Shown here piece after piece: positions 27,572 through 35,920 of a stretch of 35,920 bases of DNA (its first letter is position 1; the number at the start of each line of letters is the position of its first letter). A program made the translations under genes and the position numbers. The notes beneath the pieces are model-generated. The model saw nothing but the letters and a program-made list of their open reading frames with translations. It was not told the origin of the DNA and did not search any database. Source of the DNA: a virus (Duplodnaviria > Heunggongvirae > Uroviricota > Caudoviricetes); IMG/VR virus record IMGVR_UViG_649989946_000004, one strand, 5' to 3'.

Positions 27572-27839
27572 TCCCTTTTCCCGGCTGGCAGCGCGTATGG
27601 ATGCTATCACGGTCAGAAAGATGGGAAAGACAGCCTCGATTAATGATGTCGATATGACCGTGATCCCGGGAGAAACACTGGCAGAGCTGAATGCCCTGTC
27701 CGGACCTGCGGTCTCTCTGGTGGTGTTTTCTTCGGGATACCGCCCACGGCGCGGGGATCGCGTTGTTTATGACGGACAACAATGGACGGTCACACGGCAT
27801 GAACGCTTTAACGGTAAGCCAATGATCTTTATTGAGTAA
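27564..27839 (+). CDS. Head-tail adaptor/completion protein (FII-position)
   Basis: 91-aa ORF overlapping the previous stop; position between head and tail genes. Confidence 0.5.
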   Translation: MSDPFSRLAARMDAITVRKMGKTASINDVDMTVIPGETLAELNALSGPAVSLVVFSSGYRPRRGDRVVYDGQQWTVTRHERFNGKPMIFIE

Positions 27840-27850
27840 AGAGGTGTGGG

Positions 27851-28429
27851 ATGAAGGGGCTTGAGAATGCCATCCGCAATCTGAACAGCCTTGATACCCG
27901 TATGGTGCCACAGGCCAGCGCATGGGCGATAAACCGTGTGGCACAGAAAGCGGTCTCGGTTGCCACCCGGCAGGTTGCCGGGAATACCGTTGCGGGAGAT
28001 AACCAGGTGAAAGGGATCCCCCTGAAACTGGTACGTCAGCGTGTCCGGGTGTTTAAAGCCAGTCCGTCAGGAAAAATGACGGCCAGGATCCGCGTTAACC
28101 GGGGCAATCTGCCCGCCATTAAGCTGGGGACAGCCCGGGTCAGACTGGCCCGGCGTGGTGGAAAACTGCAGTACCGTGGCAGTGTGCTGAAGGTGGGTAA
28201 ATATCTTTTCCGGGATGCGTTTATTCAGCAACTGGCGAATGGTCGCTGGCATGTGATGCGGCGTATTGATGGCAAAAATCGTTACCCCATTGATGTGGTG
28301 AAAATCCCGCTTTCCGGACCGCTGACACAGGCATTTGAAGATGCCCGCGACCGCATCATTGCTGCGGAAATGCCGAAACAGCTGGGGTATGCACTGAAAC
28401 AACAACTGAGGTTATGGCTGACCCGATGA
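27851..28429 (+). CDS. Z: Tail completion protein Z
   Basis: 192-aa ORF; MKGLENAIRNLN...RVNRGNLPAIKLG...NGRWHVMRRIDGKNRYPIDVVKIP...LGYALKQQLR closely matches lambda Z as recalled. Confidence 0.8.
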   Translation: MKGLENAIRNLNSLDTRMVPQASAWAINRVAQKAVSVATRQVAGNTVAGDNQVKGIPLKLVRQRVRVFKASPSGKMTARIRVNRGNLPAIKLGTARVRLARRGGKLQYRGSVLKVGKYLFRDAFIQQLANGRWHVMRRIDGKNRYPIDVVKIPLSGPLTQAFEDARDRIIAAEMPKQLGYALKQQLRLWLTR

Positions 28430-28827
28430 ACCGACATACACAAATCCGCCAGGCCGTACTGGCACGCCTTCGGGAACAGTGTGGAGACAGCGCCACGTTT
28501 TTTGACGGGCTTCCGGCATTTATTGATGCGCAGGAACTGCCTGCCGTGGCGGTGTGGCTGAGTGATGCTCAGTACACCGGAAAAATGACGGATGAAGATG
28601 ACTGGCAGGCTGTTCTGCATATTGCTGTCTTCATCCGGGCACAGGCACCGGATTCAGAGCTGGATATGTGGATGGAGAGCACCATTTTCCCGGCCCTGAA
28701 TGATATACCGGCACTTTCCGGACTCATCGACACCCTGATCCCTCTCGGTTTTAACTATCAACGTGATAATGAGATGGCCACCTGGGCGATGGCGGAAATC
28801 ACGTACCAGATCACGTACACGAATTAA
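28426..28827 (+). CDS. U: Tail terminator U
   Basis: ATGA overlap with Z stop; ...ATFFDGLPAFIDAQELPAVAVWL...WQAVLHIAVFIRAQAPDSELDMWMES...DIPALSGLI...ITYQITY matches lambda U. Confidence 0.85.
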   Translation: MNRHTQIRQAVLARLREQCGDSATFFDGLPAFIDAQELPAVAVWLSDAQYTGKMTDEDDWQAVLHIAVFIRAQAPDSELDMWMESTIFPALNDIPALSGLIDTLIPLGFNYQRDNEMATWAMAEITYQITYTN

Positions 28828-28838
28828 AGGAGGTGGCA

Positions 28839-29582
28839 ATGACCACACCAAATCCACTGGCAAAAACGAAAGGTGCGGGAACGACGTTCTGGATGTACAC
28901 CGGCAAGGGCGATGCGTTTGCGAACCCTTTATCGGACACTGACTGGCTGCGTCTTGCGATGGTGAAGGATCTGCAACCTGGCGAAATGACCGCTGATGCA
29001 GAAGATGACTCTTATCTCGATGATGAAGATGCAGACTGGAAAACGACAACCCAGGGGCAGAAATCCGTCGGTGATACTTCGGCGACGCTGGCCTGGCGTC
29101 CGGGTGACAGCGGGCAGAAAAAACTGGTTCAGTTGTTCGACTCCGGTGAAGTCTGCGCGTTTCGTATCAAATATCCCAACGGCACTGTTGATGTTTTCCG
29201 TGGCTGGCTGAGCTCACTGGGTAAAACCATTGCCTCAAAAGACGTGATGACCCGCACAGTGAAAATCAGCGGTGTGGGGCGTCCGTATCTGGCAGAGGAA
29301 GGCACTGAAACAGTGAGCGTTACCGGGCTGACGGTGGCACCGGCATCTGCCAGTGTAAAAGTGGGAGCAACCACCACGCTGACCTTTACAGTAAAACCTG
29401 ACGGAGCCAGTGACAAAGCGATCAGTGTGCATTCGACAGATCCACAGACTGCCACGGTGACCCTGAACGGGCTTGTGGCCACGGTGAAAGGCGTGAAGCA
29501 GGGCAGTGTCAGCATTGTGGGCATGACTTCTGACGGCGATTTTGTGGCAGTGGCTGCGGTGGCTGTCAGCGCCGCAGGTTAA
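28839..29582 (+). CDS. V: Major tail protein V with C-terminal Ig-like (Big_2) domain
   Basis: AGGAGG SD; KGAGTTFWMYTGKGDAFANPLSDTDWLRLAMVKDL...YLDDEDADW...NGTVDVFRGW matches lambda V. Confidence 0.9.
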   Translation: MTTPNPLAKTKGAGTTFWMYTGKGDAFANPLSDTDWLRLAMVKDLQPGEMTADAEDDSYLDDEDADWKTTTQGQKSVGDTSATLAWRPGDSGQKKLVQLFDSGEVCAFRIKYPNGTVDVFRGWLSSLGKTIASKDVMTRTVKISGVGRPYLAEEGTETVSVTGLTVAPASASVKVGATTTLTFTVKPDGASDKAISVHSTDPQTATVTLNGLVATVKGVKQGSVSIVGMTSDGDFVAVAAVAVSAAG

Positions 29583-29639
29583 CAGGACGATACTCATCAT
29601 TTGCCCCGGTTATCCGGGGCTTTTTTGCAGGTGGAGAAC

Positions 29640-30029
29640 ATGATGTTTCTGAAACAGGGCACGTTTAATTATGAAAAGCAGTCCGTGGTGCTCAGTGAGC
29701 TGTCCGGGCTGCAGAGAATTGAATATCTGGCGTTTGTTCAGCAGCGAACGGCAAAGTTTGATGCCGAAGAGGGAGAACTGCCGGAGGCTGAACGACAGAT
29801 TGCTTTTCTGCGGATGGGGATGGATATCAATGCCTGGCTGGTTTCCCGCTCACTGTGGAATGCGGAACAGTCTCAGGATGTTGAGACGCTTTGCGCATCC
29901 GTTATTACAACATGGTCGTATGATGCCCTGGGAGCGGGGGCGGAGATGGTTCTGTCGCTGAGCGGTATGGGAGCCATTGAGAATGCCGGGGATTTGGAGC
30001 ATGAGGTGCTGACGCCGGAAAAGTCCTGA
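29640..30029 (+). CDS. G: Tail assembly chaperone G
   Basis: MFLKQG...VLSELSGLQRIEYLAF matches lambda G (MFLKTESFE...TLSELSALQRIEHLA). Confidence 0.85.
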   Translation: MMFLKQGTFNYEKQSVVLSELSGLQRIEYLAFVQQRTAKFDAEEGELPEAERQIAFLRMGMDINAWLVSRSLWNAEQSQDVETLCASVITTWSYDALGAGAEMVLSLSGMGAIENAGDLEHEVLTPEKS

Positions 30030-30367
30030 CGCGGGAAATGCAGTTTGTCATGCGGCTTGCCCGGGAGTTCCGGCGGGCAGACTGGCGGCGGATGCTGTCG
30101 GAAATGTCGGCCACTGAGCTTGGTGAGTGGGGCGATTATTTCCGGATGCAGAGCTTCAGTGATGTGTGGATGGATGCGCAGTTTGCCTCGCTGAAGGCAT
30201 TGATCGTGAGAATGGTGTCCGGTAGCAGTGATGCTGCGGTGGCTGATTTCAGCCTTTTACCGGAAGAGAACGGGATACCGGAGCGAACGGACGAAGAACT
30301 GATGCATCTTGGGGAAGGTATTTCCGGAGGTGTGCGTTATGGACCAGATAGCCAACCTGGTCATTGA
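29640..30367 (+). CDS. Tail assembly chaperone GT (programmed -1 frameshift product)
   Basis: The -1 frame is open from 30005 and continues 112 codons past the G stop (30027-30029) to 30367; the shift window 30005-30029 contains GGAAAAG; conserved G/GT arrangement of lambda-like tails. Confidence 0.7.
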
Positions 30368-33300
30368 TTTGGGGATTGATGCGGCAGAGTTTAAAAATGA
30401 AATTCCCCGTATCAAAAACCTTCTGAATGGTGCAGCCAGCGATGCAGAACGGTCTTCTGCCCGTATGCAGCGTTTTATGGAGCGTCAGACTCAGGCCGCC
30501 CGGCAGACAATGCAGGCGGCTTCTTCGGCTGCAACAGCCGCATCCGTCCATGCGCAGACGGTGGAGAAGAGCGCACAGGCTCATGAACGCATGGCCCGCG
30601 AGGTGGAGCAAACCCGCCAGCGTATGGAGGCACTGAGCCAGAAAATGCGCGAGGAACAGGCGCAGGCCATGGCTCTGGCGGAGACTCAGGATAAAGCGGC
30701 TGCCGCGTTTTATCGTCAGATTGACAGTGTGAAACAGGCCAGTGCGGGGCTGCAGGAATTACAGCGTATTCAGCAGCAGATCCGACAGGCCAGAAACAGT
30801 GGCGGGATTGGTCAGCAGGATTATCTGGCGCTGATTTCTGAGGTTACGGCGAAAACCGGTGTTCTTACGCAGGCTGAGGCAGAGGCTACCCGACAGAAAG
30901 TGGCGTTTATCCGTCAGCTTAAAGAGCAGGCAACCCGCCAGAATCTTTCTTCTTCTGAGTTGCTTCGTGCTAAGGCTGCCCAGCTGGGGGTAAGCAGTGC
31001 TGCAGAAGTGTATATCCGCAAAATGGAGCAGGCAGGAAAAGCCACGCATTCGCTGGGTCTGAAAAGTGCAGCGGCCCGCCAGGAGATAGGCGTTCTGATA
31101 GGTGAACTGGCTCGCGGCAATTTAGGTGCGCTGAGGGGATCCGGGATAACGCTGGCTAACCGTGCCGGATGGATAGACACACTGATGTCACCGAAAGGCA
31201 TGATGCTGGGCGGGGTTATTGGCGGTATTGCCGCGGCCGTCTATGGTCTGGGTAAAGCCTGGTATGATGGTCAGAAGGAGGGGGAAGAATTTAACCGCCA
31301 GTTGTCGCTGACGGGGCATTATGCCGGAGTCACTGCCGGGCAGCTGTGGACGCTCAGTCGTGCTATTTCCGGGAATGGTATTACGCAACATGCTGCAGCC
31401 GGTGCGCTGGCTCAGGTGGTGGGGAGTGGTGCATTTCGTGGAAACGATATCGGTATGGTGGCGAGAGCTGCCGCACAGATGGAGCGATCGGTTGGCCAGT
31501 CGGTCAGCGATACCATAAATCAGTTTAAGCGGCTGAAGGATGATCCTGTAAATGCCGCGAAGGCTCTGGACAATGAGCTGCATTTTCTTACTGCCACTCA
31601 GCTTGAGCAGATACGCGTCCTTGGGGAACAGGGGCGGTCCAGTGATGCGGCACGGATAGCCATGTCTGCACTGGCAGAGGAAACCGGTCGGCGTACTGCG
31701 GATATTGATAATAACCTCAATGCGCTGGGCAGTACGCTGAAGTATCTGTCTGATTTATGGAGTCGTTTCTGGGATGCGGCCATGAATATTGGTCGTGAAG
31801 ACTCGCTGGATGAACAGATTTCCGCTTTACAGGAGAAAGTGTCGCGGGCGAAAAGACTCCCCTGGACGGCATCATCTTCTCAGGTTGAGTACGATCAGCA
31901 GCGTCTTAACGAGCTTCAGGAGAAAAAACGCCAGAAGGATTTGCAGGATGCAAAAGAGCAGGCAGAGCGGAATTATCAGGAGCAACAGAAACGCCGTAAT
32001 GCTGAAAATGCTGCACTGAACCGGATGAATGAAACGGAAGCAGCACGACATCAGCGTGAAATTGCGCGTATTAATGCCATGCAGTACGCCGATCAGGCTG
32101 TCAGGGATGCGGCGATACAACGTGAAAATGAACGTTACGAGAAAGCCCTGGCATCCGGTAAGAAAAAACACGCGAACCCCGTAATGATGAGGCCACCCGG
32201 TTATTGCTGCAGTACAGTCAGCAACAGGCACAGGTGGAAGGACAGATTGCTGCTGCCAGACAGTCAGCAGGCATTGCCACGGAAAGGATGACAGAAGCGC
32301 ATAAACAGCTTCTGGCTCTGCAGCAGCGCATCAGCGACCTGGACGGGAAAAAACTGACGGCAGATGAAAAGAGTGTGCTGGCCCGTAAAGATGAACTGAT
32401 TCAGGCACTGACGCTGCTGGATGTAAAACAGCAGGAGCTTCAGAAACAGACGGCACTCAACGAGCTGAAGAAAAAACAATTCAGCTGACCAGTCAACTGG
32501 CTGAAGAAGAGCGCGCTCAGCGTCAGCAACATGACCTGGATATCGCCACGGTGGGTATGGGTGATCAGCAGCGGCAGCGATATCAGGTACAACTGAGTCT
32601 TCGCCAGAAATACCAGCAACAGCTGGAGCAGTTGAGGCGGGATAGTGAGCAGAAAGGAACATATAACACGGATGACTACAGAAAGGCCGAGCAGGCGCTG
32701 ACGGAGAGCCTGAACCGACAACTGAATGAGAATCGCCGTTACTGGCAACAGCTTGAAGTTGTGCAGGGTAACTGGAAAAACGGAGTCCTGCGTGCATTTC
32801 AGGATTTTACCGTGGATGCAGATAATACGGCAGGAACAGCAGAACAGGTGTTCTCGTCAGCCTTCAGCAACATGGGAAATGGCCTGGCAACTTTTGTCAC
32901 TACCGGCAAACTCAATTTCAAATCCTTCACCTCTTCTGTGCTGTCAGATATGGCGAAAATCCTGGCGCAGGCAACCATGATGAAATCGATAAAAGGGATT
33001 GGCAGTGTACTGGGATTTGATCTCAGCAGCCTTTCCCTGAATGCCAATGGGGGGATTTATCAGTCTGCTGATTTGAGTCGTTACAGTGGCACGGTGGTTA
33101 ACCGTCCGACGTTTTTTGCTTTTGCAAAAGGCGCGGGTGTGATGGGGGAAGCGGGACCTGAAGCCATTCTGCCACTGCGTCGTGGTGCTGACGGTAAGCT
33201 GGGGGTTGTGGCGGATATTGGTGGTTCAGGTATGGCGATGTTTGCCCCGCAGTACAACATCGAGATCAATAACGATGGCACGAACGGGCAGATAGGTCCG

Positions 33301-33402
33301 GCTGCCCTGAAGGTGGTTTATGACCTCGGGAAAAAAGCGGCAGCGGACTTTATGCAACAGCAGGCCCGTGATGGTGGTCGGTTAAGTGGAGCATATCGGT
33401 AA
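30339..33402 (+). CDS. H: Tail tape measure protein H (frame broken twice at A6 runs in this assembly)
   Basis: Three successive ORFs (30309-32291, 32204-32488, 32551-33402) are rejoined by adding one A to each of the A6 runs at 32163-32168 and 32471-32476; coiled-coil-rich; C-terminus ...NIEINNDGTNGQIGPAALKVVYD...DGGRLSG matches lambda H. Confidence 0.85.
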
Positions 33403-33731
33403 TGGAGACGTTTCACTGGAAAGTGCGCCCGGATATGAATGTGGTATCAGAGCCGAAAGTGGTGACAGTGAAGCTGGGCGATGGTTATGAACAGCGTCGT
33501 GCGGCGGGACTGAATAACCAGTTGTCGATTTACAGCGTGACGATACGTGTTCGTAAATGTGAACACCCATCTTTAAAAGCCTTTCTGGAACGGCACGGTG
33601 GCGTCCGCGCATTTCAGTGGACGCCACCTTATGACTGGAAGCCGATCAGGGTGGTTTGTCGTAAATGGTCGGCAAGCGTGGGGGCGCTGTGGATAACCAT
33701 AACGGCAGATTTTGAACAGGTCGTGGCATAG
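33402..33731 (+). CDS. M: Minor tail protein M
   Basis: METFHWKVRPDMNVVSEPKVV...GDGYEQRRAAGLN...FLERHGGVRAFQWTPPYDWKPIRV matches lambda M. Confidence 0.9.
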   Translation: METFHWKVRPDMNVVSEPKVVTVKLGDGYEQRRAAGLNNQLSIYSVTIRVRKCEHPSLKAFLERHGGVRAFQWTPPYDWKPIRVVCRKWSASVGALWITITADFEQVVA

Positions 33732-33740
33732 GAGGCTCTG

Positions 33741-34438
33741 ATGCAGGATATTCCACAGGAAACACATCATGAGACGACACGCCTCACTCAGTCAGCCCAG
33801 GTGGTGCTCTGGGAAATCGATCTGACAGAGGTCGGTGGTGAACGTTATTTTTCTGTAATGAGCAGAACGAAAAAGGTGAGCCGGTTACCTGGCAGGGGCG
33901 GCAGTATCAGGCATACCCCATTCAGGGGACGGGATTTGAACTGAATGGCAAGGGCAGTGCTGCCCGTCCGACACTGACGGTTTCTAACCTGCACGGCATG
34001 GTCACCGGGATGGCGGAAGACCTGCAGAGTCTGGTCGGCGGAACGGTGGTCCGGCGTAAGGTTTACGCCCGTTTTCTGGATGCGGTGAACTTCGTCAACG
34101 GAAACAGTGACGCCGATCCGGAGCAGGAGGTGATTAGCCGCTGGCGCATCGAGCAGTGCAGCGAACTGAGCGCGGTGAGTGCCTCTTTTGTACTGTCCAC
34201 GCCGACGGAAACGGACGGTGCCGTTTTTCCGGGACGTATCATGCTGGCCAACACCTGCACCTGGACCTATCGCGGTGACGAGTGCGGTTATCACGGTCCG
34301 GCGGTCGCGGATGAATATGATCAGCCGACGTCCGATATCACGAAGGATAAATGCAGCAAATGCCTGAGCGGCTGTAAGTTTCGCAATAACGTCGGCAACT
34401 TTGGCGGCTTCCTTTCCATTAACAAACTTTCGCAGTAA
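33741..34438 (+). CDS. L: Minor tail protein L (frame broken at the T5 run 33848-33852 in this assembly)
   Basis: N-terminal ORF MQDIPQETHHETTRLTQSAQVVLWEIDLTEVGGERYF and C-terminal ORF ...MVTGMAEDLQSLVGGTVVRRKVYARFLDAVNF... both match lambda L; reading one more T restores GERYFFCNEQNEKGEPVTWQGRQY... Confidence 0.85.
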
Positions 34439-34443
34439 ATCCC

Positions 34444-35186
34444 ATGACAGAGACAGAATCAGCGATTCTGGCGCACGCCCGGCGATGTGCGCCAGCGGAG
34501 TCGTGCGGCTTCGTGGTGAGAACACCGGAGGGGGAAAGATATTTTCCCTGCGTGAATATCTCTGGTGAGCCGGAGGCGTATTTCCGGATGTCGCCGGAGG
34601 ACTGGCTGAGTGCAGAAATGCAGGGAGAGATTGTGGCGCTGGTCCACAGCCACCCCGGTGGTCTGCCCTGGCTGAGTGAGGCCGACCGGCGGCTGCAGGT
34701 GCAGAGTGATTTGCCGTGGTGGCTGGTCTGCCGGGGGCGATTCATAAATTCCGCTGTGTGCCGCATCTCACCGGGCGGCGCTTTGAGCACGGGGTGACGG
34801 ACTGTTACACGCTGTTCCGGGACGCTTACCATCTGGCGGGAATTGAGATGCCGGATTTTCATCGCGGGGATGACTGGTGGCGTCACGGCCAGAATCTCTA
34901 TCTTGACAATATGGAGGCAACGGGTTTTTACCGTGTCCCACTGACAGAGGCGCAGCCTGGCGACGTGCTGCTGTGCTGTTTTGGTTCATCGGTGCCGAAT
35001 CATGCCGCCATTTACTGTGGCGACGGCGAGCTGCTGCACCATATTCCTGAACAACTGAGTAAACGAGAGAGGTACACCGACAAATGGCAGCGACGCACAC
35101 ACTCCCTCTGGCGTCACCGGGCATGGCACGCATCTGCCTTTACGGGGATTTGCAACGATTTGGTCGCCGTATCGACCTTCGTGTGA
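34444..35186 (+). CDS. K: Tail protein K (NlpC/P60-type) with one apparent single-base deletion near 34736-34740
   Basis: MTETESAILAHARRCAPAESCGFVV... and ...IHKFRCVPHLTGRRFEHGVTDCYTLFRDAYHLAG... both match lambda K but lie in different frames. Confidence 0.85.
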
Positions 35187-35731
35187 AAACGGGGGCTGAA
35201 GCCATCCGGGCACTGGCCACACAGCTCCCGGTGTTTCGTCAGAAACTGAATGAGGGCTGGTATCAGGTGCGCATTGCCGGGCGTGATGCAGGCGAAAATG
35301 AATTATCTGCCCGTCTTAATGAGCCGCTGGCAAATGGTGCCGTGATCCACATCGTGCCGCGTCTGGCGGGAGCTAAAAGTGGCGGTGTGTTTCAGGTGGT
35401 GCTTGGGGCGGCGCTGATTGCGGTGGCATGGTGGAACCCTGTGGGCTGGCTGGGGGCCGCGGCTGTATCGGGCATGTATGCGGCAGGGGCCAGTATGATC
35501 CTGGGCGGAGTGGCGCAGATGCTGGCACCGAAAGCCAGGACGCCCACGGCAGCCAGTACAGATAACGGCAAACAGAACACCTATTTCTCCTCACTGGATA
35601 ACATGGTTGCCCAGGGCAATGTTCTGCCGGTTCTGTACGGTGAAATGCGCGTGGGGTCACGCGTGGTTTCTCAGGAGATCAGCACGGCAGACGAAGGGGA
35701 CGGTGGTCAGGTTGTGGTGATTGGTCGCTGA
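35084..35731 (+). CDS. I: Tail assembly protein I
   Basis: MAATHTLPLASPGMARICLYGDLQRFGRRIDLRVKTGAEAIRAL... and C-terminus ...GNVLPVLYGEMRVGSRVVSQEISTADEGDGGQVVVIGR match lambda I. Confidence 0.9.
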   Translation: MAATHTLPLASPGMARICLYGDLQRFGRRIDLRVKTGAEAIRALATQLPVFRQKLNEGWYQVRIAGRDAGENELSARLNEPLANGAVIHIVPRLAGAKSGGVFQVVLGAALIAVAWWNPVGWLGAAAVSGMYAAGASMILGGVAQMLAPKARTPTAASTDNGKQNTYFSSLDNMVAQGNVLPVLYGEMRVGSRVVSQEISTADEGDGGQVVVIGR

Positions 35732-35750
35732 TGCAAAATGTTTTATGTGA

Positions 35751-35775
35751 AACCGCCTGCGGGCGGTTTTGTCGT
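35751..35775 (+). terminator. Hairpin plus T-run between I and J (terminator/attenuator-like)
   Basis: AACCGCC-TGCG-GGCGGTT followed by TTGTCGTTT. Confidence 0.35.
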
Positions 35776-35791
35776 TTATGGAGCGTGAGGA

Positions 35792-35920
35792 ATGGGTAAA
35801 GGAAGCAGTAAGGGGCATACCCCGCGCGAAGCGAAGGACAACCTGAAGTCCACGCAGTTGCTGAGTGTGATTGATGCCATCAGTGAAGGGCCGATTGAAG
35901 GTCCGGTGGAGTGGAATTAA
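35792..35920 (+). CDS. J: Tail tip / host-specificity protein J, N-terminal 42 codons (window edge)
   Basis: MGKGSSKGHTPREAKDNLKSTQLLSVIDAISEGPIEGPV matches the lambda J N-terminus; the frame hits TAA at 35918-35920, the last bases of the window. Confidence 0.7.
   Translation: MGKGSSKGHTPREAKDNLKSTQLLSVIDAISEGPIEGPVEWN

Noticed and set aside
35918-35920. Apparent premature stop after 42 codons of J
   Set aside because: It is the last triplet of the window and the preceding few codons diverge from lambda; cannot distinguish a real truncation, another indel or simple divergence, so J is reported only as a partial start.
1-35920. tRNA, rRNA or other structured RNA genes
   Set aside because: No cloverleaf-like or rRNA-like segments noticed on manual reading; prophage integration next to a tRNA is plausible but the attachment site lies outside the window.

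Overview
This window is almost entirely one lambdoid prophage of the E. coli type, running from the integrase at the left edge to the first 43 codons of the tail-tip gene J at the right edge. Gene order is canonical: int-xis, small early ORFs, Red recombination genes exo-bet-gam, a CI/Cro immunity switch, replication genes O (with internal iterons) and P, ren, a nin region (ninB, ninE, ybcO, rusA, ylcG, antiterminator Q), a porin moron on the opposite strand, the lysis cassette, terminase, portal, a protease-capsid fusion, and lambda-like tail genes Z, U, V, G/GT, H, M, L, K, I. Family assignments were made by reading the translated ORFs and recalling lambda and DLP12 proteins from memory; no database search was run. 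The most interesting region is a ~4 kb AT-rich accessory island inserted between ren and ninB (about 9530-13630). It carries a membrane-anchored, coiled-coil protein ending in a T5orf172/GIY-YIG-like domain, a BRO-N-type antirepressor-like gene and a 169-aa membrane protein, partly bracketed by ~105-bp direct repeats; I rank this as the best candidate for an undescribed phage-exclusion or defence function. Other accessory cargo includes a lipoprotein gene immediately downstream of cI (the rexAB-equivalent position), an unknown basic protein gene at the bor-equivalent locus, and an intact nmpC-like porin gene. An IS2 copy with 5-bp target duplications interrupts the overlapping spanin genes Rz and Rz1. 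Important caveat: at least six genes (accessory nuclease-like gene, lipoprotein, tape measure H twice, L, K) show -1 frame breaks, five of them at A or T runs each one base too short, which looks like systematic sequencing error rather than biology.
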